Source: Octopus vulgaris
Lineage: Eukaryota
Length of the DNA: 64,000 bases
NCBI GenBank assembly: GCA_951406725.2
Contig: OX597815.1
Span: 24,056,001-24,120,000, forward strand
Direction: 5' to 3'
The first letter of the stretch is position 1, and each line of letters starts with the position of its first letter. Below the pieces are notes generated by a model. That model was not told the origin of the DNA. It did no database searches and was given only the letters and a program-made list of their open reading frames with translations. The translations under genes were made by a program, and so were the position numbers. Of this stretch, positions 27,322 through 40,583 are shown piece after piece.

Positions 27322-28340
27322 GAAATAAAAGAGCAGTTGTTACAAGTTCATCAATTCCGAAAAATCATGCTGTGAATATACAAAGCAGGGACATGACTCT
27401 AAGGACTGTTTTTACACATAGTAAATGCAAAATTGTATTAAGAGAAGTCAACGGCTTGCCTATAGAAAGAAAAATCTGGAATGCCCAAGTCTAAGGAAGC
27501 TAAACGGCTATATAACAGCAGATAAGGCGGAGAGCTGGCAGAAACGTTAGCAGCCGGGCGAAATGCTTTGCGGTATTTCGTCCGCCGTTGCGATCTGAGT
27601 TCAAATTCCGCCGAGGTCGACTTTGCCTTTCATCCTTTCGGGGTCGATAAATTAAACACCAGTTACGCACTGGGGTCGATGTAATCGACTTAATCCGTTT
27701 GTCTGTTCTTGTTTGTCCCCTCTACGTTTAGCCCCTTGTGGGTAGTAAAGAAATATATATAACAGCAGATGTAAACACTGTTCAAAAAACAAATTGTCCG
27801 CTGAAAGTATGTTACAAAGCCAGCGGTTCCGTTTAGGCTTAAAGGTCTGGGTGATTCTGAGTGAAATACCGGTATCTCAGAACCCGGTGCACCAATGAAC
27901 TAAGTATGTTGAACACATTGTTGTCGTAAAAGAGAGAAGTTATCCTCCTATGACGTATACTGCAGCGACCAGCATATTTTGCGCCCGAACCTGCCTGGAC
28001 GTGCAAATAATCGCTTCATAGTTCTCTGTGAACAGTGCAAATAATGATATCTCAAACAGCTACATAGACTCTTCTGCTATTCACAATATCTATGGAATTG
28101 TCCCAATAAAAATGCTACGTAATTCCTGCCTTTTTTCCTTTGTCCCACGAGCAGCATAAGAGAAAAGTATTAACTTTGTAATACAAGAGTCACCTACTAT
28201 ACAGTATGCCAGCGGTTTCGTTTAGGCTTAAAGGTCTGGGTGATTCTGAGTGAAATACCGGTATCTCAGAACCTGGTATGCCAATGAACCAAGTATGTTG
28301 AACACATTGTTGTCGTAAAAGGGAGAAGTCATCCCCCTAG
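27322..28340 (+). mobile_element. Inverted partial copy of the Gypsy protease/RT start plus foreign insert
   Basis: 27322-28210 is the reverse complement of 30857-31480; 28208-28340 repeats 27819-27950. Confidence 0.85.
27524..27755 (+). mobile_element. SINE family A, full length
   Basis: 15 bp TSD TATATAACAGCAGAT; empty site in the paralogous copy near 31310. Confidence 0.92.
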
Positions 28341-29219
28341 AAAGGAGCAAGCCACAAATATAAACTTCCTTGCATCGTTGTACTATGTAGTTAGTTAGTC
28401 TTTGCCTGTTAATATACATTTACCACAGCTGTTTGCTAAAAGATATTTTTTCATTCATTCCAACTGCATACTTCGACTCTCACACCTTACCGCGCTATCT
28501 TCTGTACTAGTTTAATATGTAACGATAAATCACGTTACGTACTCGGTTGTGTAGATTACATTTTGCACTGCATCTGCCAAGAATGAAACGCTTTTTTATC
28601 TTGTCTTTTTCTTCTTCATTCAAAAGGCAAAAGAGAAAGAAATGAAAGCAATATCGCAGATAATATTAATCAGATAAGTTATAGAGCCGTGAAGTTATGT
28701 TTCATTCATGTGCAATGTTTATAGAAGTATTATTATTATAAATAAGAGATCAGAGTTGGTGGAGAATAGTGTATTTCTAGCTTTTATTTTTTAAAACTGC
28801 CATTTTTTTTTTTGTTACTTTCAGTAGGAGAAAGTTATAAAATGGTACTGTCTGACAGAAGTAGAGATAGACATAAAAGCTGGACATCGTCAATTATAAT
28901 ATTCCTCTCCAAGAGTTTTCAACCGGATATTTTCATAAGAAATTCTGTATATGAACTAATCTATTACGAAATATTATATTCTCTATCTTTATTTTTAGTG
29001 TCACTTAAAATACCTGAAAATCTGTGGGATATAGAACGAAACAATTGTTTAACAGAATTAAACTAACTGTAATGTGTCTTAGAATATTAGATCTTCGAAT
29101 GATATCCTTCATTCCCTTGCCCTTCTTATAGGACCCGGAAGGGATCATATCCGCTTGTTCCTCTGACTAAGCAATAAAAAATGTAACCCCCACCCCACTA
29201 AAAAAACAAATAAATAAAG

Positions 29220-31990
29220 TAAAAAATATCTCCGCATTTTCATGACTGAAGATAGCAGCTGTACTTTTCTTTCCAGGGTTGACGATGTACACCACTGGCT
29301 TATGATTAGTTATAAGCCTATACTTTCTTGTAAGCAGGTCCTCTTGCCTACTTGGCACACACTTTCTTTCAGAGAAACTTTAGACCTCTTCTTTCAGCTT
29401 TCTATGACATGTGTTAAGATCGTAATTAAACTGATAGGAGAGACGTCGTAGCTAAGTGTAGTACTTGGGTTATAGTGTGTTAATAGCTTGTCTGAAGTTA
29501 CAAATTATAAGTAATTTCACTTCAGAACTTTCTTTGCTCTCAAGACTACATTTTCCGGCTTTGTTCCTTTTGTAGTTTTCCAGTATATTCTGTAATATAC
29601 GTATACAGCAAAACAGACTGCACACTCGCTTTTGAACAGCTTATCTACACTGCACGAACAAAATGGTAAAAGAGTTGCCGCGAAGTTCAACTCACGATAT
29701 CCTCTACTTCAGCTATTCCGCCTCAAACAATTTTTTTTTTATCGGGATGAACTGGGATGAAGGTATGACGTCTTCATTTCAATTTGGCGGAAGAGAGCAG
29801 TGGTCTGAGAACCGAGAATACCAGAAGTCTCAACTGTGATCGGTAGCTCCTGGTTTTATTAACCTGAGGGATAAGGTTATCACTAGAAGATGTTTCATGA
29901 TACGTAACATTGCAGATGAACGACTTGCTTCACTTCCATGGTACGGGAAAAGGCTTATCTCATCTGAATGTCTACAACTCGTTACAACGGATACACTAGG
30001 ATCGAGACTCCCTTTAAAAAAAACATTGTTTAATCTAGTGTAGCGAAACAAAAAAAAAAACGTACTGCATTGCAACAAGTGAAAACGAGAGACTGAACTC
30101 GACGACACTAACTCCACAACGACATTTATGTAGCTGACCAGAGCACTCTGATGTGTGGGTATTTTTCATCGAGAAGAGCGCTGATTGACTAAGTGGATAC
30201 CGTATATTGCCAGGTGCAACCGTTAGGTTGCGAGGCTGTCTACAAGCAAAATATGCTGGTCGCTGCAGTATACGTCATAGGAAGATAACTTCTCCCTTTT
30301 ACGAAAACATGATTGAATTCCAATACCGATTTGTCGCAGTCGTGATTAGTTGCATTGTAGGGGACACAGAAGTCATCGTGAACCCAGAGAGTACGCACTT
30401 GTCTCGTACAGGTGGTTCACGTTAGGTTCAAATGTGTTACAGAAAACCATCTGGATAAGTGTACAGTTGCAGGTGATAGAAGAAAGGTGGGCTGTCAATG
30501 CTAAGTCAAGGGCTGGGCTGAAGCCGTGACCGCCGAACCTAACAAGAAGTTTAGATTTCTATCAACTAAAGACATCGAAAACGTCATAATGTAGTAAATT
30601 GTGCAAAGGAATTTAAAAAGAAATGTTAATTTTCTTACATTATTCTTTTAGTAGTTCACAAATTATGCATAATTATGCCCTTCCTCTATTGTTTTGGAAT
30701 GCCCCGCCCCAACATATATGCTATGCTCACACTAATGATACTGTCCTTGAAACCAATATTTCCTTGTCTTCATGCGAATATTCTAGAGGTTCTAATATGG
30801 TTCTCGATCACGTGGACATCCGTGGGTCATTTCCTTCATATCAACGTATCCTCGAAGGCATACTATATAGTAATTAACTCCTAAATTACAAAGTTGGTAC
30901 TTCCCTCTTATGGTGCTCGTGGGACAAAGGGGGGAAAAAAAGGCAGAAATTACGTGGCATTTCTATTGGGACAATTCCATAGATATTGTGAATAGCAGAA
31001 GAGTCTATGTAGCTGTTTGAGATATCACTATTTGCACTGTGCACAGAGACATATGAAGCGATCATTTGCACGTCCAGGCAGGTTCGGGCGCAAAATATGC
31101 TGGTCGCTGCAGTATACGTCATAGGAGGATAACTTCTCCCTTTTACGACAACAATGTGTTCAACATACTTAGTTCATTGGCGCACCGGATTCTGAGATAC
31201 CGGTATTTCACTCAGAATCACCCAGACCGTTAAGCCTAAACGAAATCGCTGGCTTTGTAACATACTTTCAGCGGACGATTTGTTTTCTGAACAGTGTTTA
31301 CATCTGCCGTTATATAGCCGTTTAGCTTTCTTAGATTTGGGCATTCCAGATTTTTCTTTCTATTTACAATTTTGCATTCACTATGTGTAAAAACAGTCCT
31401 TAGAGTCACGTCCCTGCTTTGTATATTCACAGCATGAATTTTCGGAATTGATGAACTGGTAACAACTGCTCTTTTATTTCCCATTTTGTTTTACAACTTA
31501 ATACTCAAATTAATTAAGCCAACGTCTCAATCCTACTACATTGTTTTTTTGTTTTTTTTTTCCTCTTCAATCGCTATTGAAATTTCATCTACTATATCAA
31601 GAGCCAGTGGTGTACTGCAGATAACAATCTTCTCTCAATAAATTTATTTTTGCGTCCACAAGTACACATGTCACTTAAGGCAACATTTTAGCCGACAGTT
31701 TTCTCAGAGATGCCAAACATTTACGAATAGTTTCTCCATCCCTATTCATCCATTTTATTTACTTTTTATGAAACCAGAATCTCTCAGCAATTACTAAAGG
31801 CTTTGGATCAAAATGTTCCTTTAATAACTTTACCAGATTGTTGTGTTTACTTTGCTGTTTTTTCTTCTTCTTTTAATTCTAATCCTCTTTTCAAGGAATA
31901 TTTGCTTCCTCCAGTAAGCGATAAAACGACAAGAACATTCTTTTTACGGTTGTATTAAGGGTCCCAATTGTTGTTATAGAAAGCATTTTT
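29220..31990 (-). mobile_element. Decayed Ty3/Gypsy LTR retrotransposon (gag, protease region, RT, RNase H)
   Basis: gag LVKLLKEHFDPKPLVIAERFWFHK..GETI; RT HIVVVK, YPLS, LFRYTRL; RNase H VTSDKLLTHYNP..YDVSP, YRLITNHKPV. Confidence 0.85.
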
Positions 31991-32485
31991 GACTATTTTC
32001 ATTTTGTTTTGAATTCTGTTATTTAATTTCAACGCAAGAGGGTGGCGAGGATTGATTGCATAACTTGAGTTAAACTAAGCATCTGGATGGCATTACTTAC
32101 TACATACTTAAAGGATAAACTATGGAGCAAATCTCCACTGGTTTCGACGATGAATATACAGACGTTCAATTGACTGAATTCCCTGCTTATTGAATAAGTA
32201 TTTAAGTACTTGAACATTGATTACACAGGCTTAAGTGCTCTACGCGTAATTCTCAGGCGGAATCTGTTGAAACTTAGAATTACAGGTGTTGTCCATTCGC
32301 AAGATTCCTTCAACCCATTTTAACTCACAATGTTTCGGTCGACCCAATGATATCATAGAAGATACTTGCCCTATCTGCTAAGTAATGGAATTGAATCTCG
32401 ACAACGTGATTCCTATGCAATTTTTTTTACATTAGGGCCCATCAATAATCAGATTTTAATAGAGTATGACCGTGGCGAAAACGTT

Positions 32486-32713
32486 TACTGCATTTACTTG
32501 TGTATAAGTCGAACTCGTGTGGCAGTCGCACTCAAGTGTAATTCACGTTCGTGTAGAAGCCCCGGACCCTAATTTAGTGTTAAACCTTGGTACAACATAT
32601 TTTACCTTTATTCAAACTTAATATCATCTTTGCCTCATGTATAAGTCGCACCCCAGTTTTTTCAGTTAAAATCAAGTATAGAATAGTGCGACTTATATAC
32701 GAGTAAATACGGT
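32486..32713. mobile_element. pogo/Tc2-like MITE
   Basis: TIRs ATTTACTTGTGTATAAGTCG / CGACTTATATACGAGTAAATACGG. Confidence 0.65.
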
Positions 32714-32819
32714 TCTTAGCTCAGTAGTCCCATAAACTGACAGAAAAAAGCAACTGGATAACATAGCTGACAACTGGAAACAACAGAGTTACGGTAGTAA
32801 TTGATGAGTATCTTGTCAG

Positions 32820-33080
32820 TGGAGGCACATGGCCTAGTGGTTAGAGCAACGGACTCGCGGTCGATGGATCGCGGGTTCGAATCTCAGACCGCGTGATGTG
32901 TGTGTTTATGAGCGAAAACACCTAAGCTCCATGCGGCTCCGGCAGAAGGTAATGGCGAACTTCTGCTGACTCTTTCGCCACAACTTTCTCTCACTCTTTC
33001 CTCTTGTAGCTCACCTGCGGCGTCCTGTCCAGGTGGGGAACCTATACGCCAAGGAAACCGGGAAACCGGCTCTAATGAAG
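32820..33080 (+). mobile_element. tRNA-derived SINE family C
   Basis: TGGCCTAGTGG A box, GGTTCGAATC B box, body shared with the 8253 copy. Confidence 0.8.
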
Positions 33081-33927
33081 GAACAAACAACAACAATCTT
33101 GTCAGTTTCTTGTATGGACCTGAAGCTGTCTTGCGAGTCCCGTCTAATATGCAAGCATTAAGACCATAGCTCTTGTTCCAATTCCATAGCAATAAAACAA
33201 GAAACTGAATGAGTGATCACCGTTAAACTACATAAATTTGGTTCGGTTTGCATGGCATTTAATTAGTAAACGTATAATTCATTCATAGTCAAGGATGGAA
33301 CTCACAACTGCGTTGAGTAAGAAACTGTTCCTCAATATCTTGTATCTATGTGGCGTAGCTAGACTGTGTGCCGCCCAGGCTAGCCCTCGAGTTTTCCGCC
33401 ACTGTCTCCTATGTAGACTTATAACAGCAGACTCAAAGTTTCCTCCCTCATAAAAAGCGTCGCCCGCAGCGGACCGCCCATATCTTCCACACCTCTGCTA
33501 GCTACTGCATGTTGGTTTCGTTGTTATTTTATTTAACCCCGAGTCACTCTTACTGAGCAAACAAATAGCGAAAGGCATTCCAGCCATGAACGTGCCCCGT
33601 CTTTTGTTTTTCACCAGTTAAGAGATTCGAAACAGCAACCATCTGGTCGCTGGATCAAACTTAGTATCGCGTCAAACTTGATATCACGCCACTAATACAT
33701 ACATACATATATTTCTTATTCCCCACCTCCGAGACTTTTGTCTACAACCCAACGCCTTGTATGTAGGCGAACAACAATTCACTTTTGTATGTTTACCTGA
33801 AACCTTATCTTGATGATACATCAAAAAAATGTAGCCCTACTCGAAGTATACCTACCTTTTCTCGATCTTATTCTCGAACTCCAACTATTATTGAGTCGGT
33901 GGGAAAACATAACAGGAGCGATATTTT

Positions 33928-33971
<44 letters not shown>

Positions 33972-34058
33972 TGTTGTTGTTGTTTTCTCCGACTTGCTGT
34001 CCCCATTTACAAATTTCCATATAGAAGATAATTATAAAATTTACTTCATCCACAAACG

Positions 34059-34143
<85 letters not shown>

Positions 34144-34280
34144 ATTACTATACCTACATAGATGCGCGCACTTAGAAAGGTATTCTAAATACATGTGTGG
34201 TATGCATGGCATCTATGTATGTATATAGGTAGGTAGGTATGTGTGTACGTATATGTATGTATGTGTACACACACAGACAG

Positions 34281-34322
<42 letters not shown>

Positions 34323-34371
34323 AATAAATATATATATATATGTATGTATACATATATATACACATACCTAT

Positions 34372-34404
<33 letters not shown>

Positions 34405-34577
34405 CATATACTATGTATGTATGTGTACACATACATAGGAATACATATATATATATATATAGTAAATAAATAAATATATATATGTGTGTGTGTGTGTGTG
34501 TACATATATATATACACATACCTATACACACGCACATATATATACATTTTCTTCTGTGTCTATATACATATACCTAT

Positions 34578-34611
<34 letters not shown>

Positions 34612-34682
34612 GCACCTATATATATATTTGTATATATACCGATAAATATATATATACCCATACACACACAATCTATCTATCT

Positions 34683-34746
<64 letters not shown>

Positions 34747-34747
34747 G

Positions 34748-34790
<43 letters not shown>

Positions 34791-34791
34791 G

Positions 34792-34882
<91 letters not shown>

Positions 34883-36336
34883 ATAGATAGATGCAGTATG
34901 TTTTTATATGTGTGCACGCACAGTCATATAAAGGTACCACAAATAATACAGATGTAATGTGAGTAGGTATGCAATTTTTAATTGTATATTTTATAATAGC
35001 TAATCAACACGAATCAAGTTTTATTTTTCTGTTTTTTAAATAATTGTTTTCGCTTTTCTTACACATGTACTTCCCAAATTCTGTGTCTAATAATAGGCCT
35101 TACTGTTAAGAATTGTTTATTTATGGCTGTACAAATATTGTTTTAGTTATCATTTTAGTTGTGCGACTATTTTATGAACGATTTAGAATAAGAAAGATAA
35201 AAAAAAAAGAAAAGAGATAGATAGGGGTGGGGTTGGAGAGAGAGAGAGTGAGAAAGAGGGAGAAAAATAGAATGAAAGAGTGTTTAGTGAGCTCGCCAGT
35301 CAGACAGACATTCTACGAGGTCATTCGGTGACATAACTGTAAAAACGAGTCACAGGGAACGAAATTTTCTGTTTGCCTGCTTGAAAATCCTGTGTATTAG
35401 AGAACTTGTCTCACTTGTATCTTTCTTGGCTCTCCACACCCTTTTATTTCTTTTCATTAGATTTTTTTTCTTCTTATCGCTGATATCTATTGACAGGAAG
35501 GCAAGAGTTTTTTTTTTTTTCTTTCTAAAAATACCAACCAGTCGGCTCATATTTCCGTATCAAGAATGAGAAAGAAGAAACACAAACGAAAAAGAAAGCA
35601 AAAAAAGAAAAAAGAATGAAATAGTTATTCTTTCTAGAAATATATCCAACTGGTTACTTCTTTGGTATAGCGGCTGATGTGACTTTGTTTTATGATTAAC
35701 TACATCGAAGTTTGTGTTCCTTTATAATAATTTTTAGGGCTTAAAAAATAGTTTATTTTATATATACTGGTGGGTGTATATATACCATCATTCGACTTCC
35801 GTCTTTACAGAATAGTCATAGATTACTAGTTGTTGCTATAAATACCAGTTGTTTCGGGAGGAGTGGTGTTAGATGAAAGAAAAAATATGATGTTGGGGGC
35901 TCGTGTTTAATTTTTACATATACGCATGCGTAAACACAAAACTAATTCTTTTCAAGCGAGTTACTTTCTTCATAAGAAAAGTGGCGTTCTGTGACAGCTA
36001 AGTTGGCAAGCTGGTTTATTTCAATTAACATTGCTTCATCGTTTGCCTTCAGCCACGTTTCCCCTTCACTAAATACTTGAAACAAATGCATCCTAGGTTG
36101 GGTCCCACGATGCTGGTTTCATTAACGGCATATACCTCTAGCTTGAAGTTATTTTTTGCGATTGAAATCAACAAAGAAAAAAAAATACACTCTTCAGATA
36201 GAAATAGTCTTAGTAACTTCTAACATATGTAAGCCTCAGATAAACAACAATCAACGCATGCATAAATTCAACGAGATCATAGTCACAAGAGCAGTCGTTA
36301 ATAAAGTACTTAAAGAAGATCGCGTTTCCTGTCAGC

Positions 36337-36409
36337 GGGCTTGTGGCGCAATGGATAACGCGTCTGACTACGGATCAGAAGATTCCAGGTTCGAATCCTG
36401 GCAAGCTCG
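36337..36409 (+). tRNA. tRNA-Arg-ACG: tRNA-Arg (anticodon ACG), intronless
   Basis: 73 nt cloverleaf; acceptor stem GGGCTTG/CAAGCTC, anticodon arm TCTGA CTACGGA TCAGA, T arm CCAGG TTCGAAT CCTGG. Confidence 0.97.
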
Positions 36410-36412
36410 AAG

Positions 36413-36419
36413 TTTTTTT
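36413..36419 (+). terminator. Pol III oligo-dT terminator
   Basis: T7 run 3 nt after the tRNA. Confidence 0.8.
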
Positions 36420-36995
36420 ATTAGTTATTTTAGTGTCATTAATGTTGTGGTTTAGTTCTATTTTAATTCGCCTTCACTGTCATTGATGGAAGGATTCATA
36501 GAATACTTGTCGAAACCTCTTTAGTTAATTAGGTCCGTTTATGTTTTGAGGGCAGTTATTGTCAAATCGTGCGACAAAATTTCTTGTAATATTATTTGTT
36601 CAGGCGCTTTACACTTTGTGTTCAAATTCCACCAAAGTCAACAATGCTTTATAAACTGCTGAGAGGTATTGAGGTTGATTTAATACGCCGACCTGTTTCT
36701 TCACATTGCTAGCCTAGTGCCTGTATTAGAAAATATTTTGAGTTCAAATCTCACAGGATTCAACTTTGTATTTCATCTCTCCGGGATTGATAATGTATGC
36801 ACTAGTGATAGACTGGAATGAGTTGGTGAAATTTCTGTTTTCTCATCTGTATTCTCAGTTTGGTTTTATTCAAACAGCATCAGGTCCTCGTCTGATCAAC
36901 TTTCTTTCTGGGACACTAGCAACTCAACCACGTCGTCCTCATGATTTCTTCAAACACATCATTTGCAAGTGTCCCAATCTCTTTCCGAATTTGAT

Positions 36996-38520
36996 GTACT
37001 TCCTCTCACTTCATTCTTTTACATTCTCATCTTCTCATTTCCATTCTTACAGTCATAGGAATAAGACAGCAATTTTTTGTTCCCACAGAACAGTTCATTC
37101 CTGGTGCTTTCTATTTTTGCTACATATTTTTTGCAGATAATTGTTGACCTCTGTTGCTGTTAATTTACCTAAGATATAACTTGTCCCTATATTTTTCAAA
37201 GCGCCATTCTAAGTTGAGCGTTGTACTGTTTCATGCGACTCAGATATCGTTATCTACTGCATCCATTGAGCCGAACTTCTAACTGACTAACTGTAGGTTT
37301 CTTCTCCTTGTCAATTGTTTTCATAAAATGTCCTCAGATTATGCATTCAAGTTGGCTATCACACCTTTATCCATTGGCTGAGGCAAATAAATTATATTCC
37401 TGAGGATAGATTCTACTCTCACATTATCATGAAGCTCATTTAAATTCACAAGGTGGCTTAGTGAATTGTCTAAAACGAACAATACTTTGTTGGAAATAGC
37501 TTGTCTGGCATTATGCCTTTCTACAGCAGGACAAAAATATGTTTGCAAACTACTCTTGGAAAAGTCTCTTAATCACACATGCATTTGTATTTGAGCACCA
37601 ACATTTAGAGATAAATTAGACTTTACGTAACACTCGAATTTTTTTAATTTTCGGAGCGTTACACGAGTAAGGAGCTTACTTTCGTACCACTAGCAGCATT
37701 TCCACCTCGAAGAAAGGTAAGATGTTTTTTAGGAAGCTTTAAATACTGATTTTGAATTAACTTCTTGAAATAAGAGTAGCTGCATCAATATTGTATAACT
37801 GTTCTGGTGAATATCCCTTTTCAGCAATCATTATCTTCAGTTTCGTAGGATGCTTAATAGTCTTTGCATCAGCTCTATTAACTTCACCGTTTTATGTAAA
37901 TTGAAACGCTTCTTAAACCCTCCAAATCAGCTTTCACTAACCAGAAAATAATTTTCTTTAGAAAAGGAGTTTCATCTTCCTTTCTCTGCAAATTGTCTTG
38001 CAAACTTTCGACTTTTTAAAATCATCATTATGCTTTGTGTTTATCAGGTCATTACATCTGATCCTTGACCTATACATCCAAGATCCATCCCACTTTAAGC
38101 ATTTGTGAAAAAAATTAAATCTGAGCATTTAGGAATAACTTCTTGACTTAATTTTCTCTTTATTGTTTCGTATTTTTCTCGAGCACTTGACTTAGTTTTC
38201 TCTTTACTGCTACATATTTCTCTGGCATCACAAACCTTTTTTAAGTTGTCAAATTTAATATCCAGAATAATCGTGTTATTGTTCCTTTTCATACTCCTGC
38301 CTTCAGTTCCATTTATAGCTCTTTTGCCAGACATCTTGAATCTTAGGTAAATCAACAGCAACAGAGGTCAACAATTATCTGCAAAAATATGTAGCAAAAA
38401 TAGATAGCACCAGGAATGAACTGTTCTGTGGGAACAAAAAATTGTTGCCTTATTCCTATGACTGTAAGAATGGAAATGAGAAGATGAAAATGTAAAAGAA
38501 TGAAGTAACAGAAAGTACTG
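36996..38520 (-). mobile_element. Decayed pogo/Tigger transposon with ~180 bp terminal inverted repeats
   Basis: N-terminal MSGKR..TIILDIK, GFKKRF, DDE-domain VLDN..SH and QPMDKGVIA; inverted repeats 36996-37175 and 38340-38518. Confidence 0.82.
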
Positions 38521-38933
38521 TATGATAAGTTAGTTAATGGGTTACAAGATTCTTCAGCACTTCATCTCTTGCACTTCTGATTTGACCCCCAAACTCTATA
38601 TTGTATTCTCATACACATACATACCCTTGTGTTGACATACCACATATGTAGTTACAGACACTGCCATAATATTGATAGTATTAATGTTGTTGCTAGTTGG
38701 TTATTCGAAAGTTGGCAGCTTGGTAAGCTTCTGTAGGAAGTGAAACCGGTTTGTATTTAGGTACTCTGAAAAATTTCATTATGCATATTTGTAATTATGG
38801 ACTCTCGAGTATTTAATCGTGTATTTGGAAATTATCTGAATGTAAAAAATATAGTTTGTATTCCGTAATCTTCAAATAATTTGAGTGTAGTAATACATGT
38901 TGGATATGATATGATATTTCGGAATATGTAATA

Positions 38934-39395
<462 letters not shown>

Positions 39396-39658
39396 TGTAT
39401 TTTAATGTATTTTAATGTATTTTAAATAATGTATTTAAAATAATGTATTTTAAAATAATTTAACTGCAATTATACACTTTGGAATTAATCAACTGCAATA
39501 TAAATGAAAAGATGTTGTGTATAAAGTTTTTGTCATTTCCTATATATAAATATGCATACTTATATATATATATATATATATACCGAGTGCTGGGAACACA
39601 AAAAGGGGATGAATTTATCGAGAGTGAAAATCAAAAACGTTTACCGATAACTTTAACA

Positions 39659-39732
39659 ACTCGTACCGCGGTTTCTGCTTCTTTCTAGCAAAACACAGAA
39701 TATGTTTGCTAAGGCCAGCTTCATCAGCGAGT
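39659..39732 (-). ncRNA. Type I hammerhead ribozyme motif
   Basis: ACUCG-CUGAUGA-AGCU...AGCA-GAAA-CCGCGG-UA^-CGAGU; first stem II pair mismatched. Confidence 0.8.
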
Positions 39733-40435
39733 CGCCTGAATTTAATCGAGGTCTGCAGCGATGTGGGACTATGTGTTAAACCCGACTACTAGCAGATCTT
39801 AACTTTTCAAATCTCTGCGCAGACGCAAAATTTACACGGGCACTCGGCATCTTTATTTAGGAGCCCTTAATTGTATAACTACATGAATAATATTTTTCTA
39901 TATGAATAATATTTTTGTCTTATGACTAATTCGTCTTTTGTGCTGGGCACCTGGTAGTAAATAATATTACTACCCTTCTTGTTTATATATATATATATAT
40001 ATATATATTATCAGGTTGTGATAAAATCTTGAAGTTATGCAAGAGGATGTAAACAAATTTTTTTCCCTTGTGATATTTTCCCAGACTTTAAAATATGACA
40101 ACATTACTTAACGTAATTGTATTTGAGGCCAAATTCTGTTATTATACTGAACGATTTGTAGGTATTTTTAAAATTCAAACTGAATGGTTTGTAGCTTGAA
40201 GCAAAATTTATAAGTACTTTCTTTTATTTTACCTGAAAAGTTTGTAGCTTCAAAGCTAGTATATTAATGAGAATATCTATAATATTTCAGAGCATTGATT
40301 TATCAATTTAGTATTAAGTACCATAAAATATGTCTTAAATGTAAACTATATCACTATATTTATAGTTAATTTTAAGATAAGTTTTAATTATGCTATCATC
40401 TTTATATAAAATGATTATAAGTATATAAATTGAAT

Positions 40436-40505
<70 letters not shown>

Positions 40506-40531
40506 CAACAACAACAACAACAATAATAATG

Positions 40532-40583
<52 letters not shown>

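Noticed and set aside
32820-32895. tRNA-like sequence (also at 8253, 60865 and 63145)
   Set aside because: No complete cloverleaf; runs straight into a SINE body.
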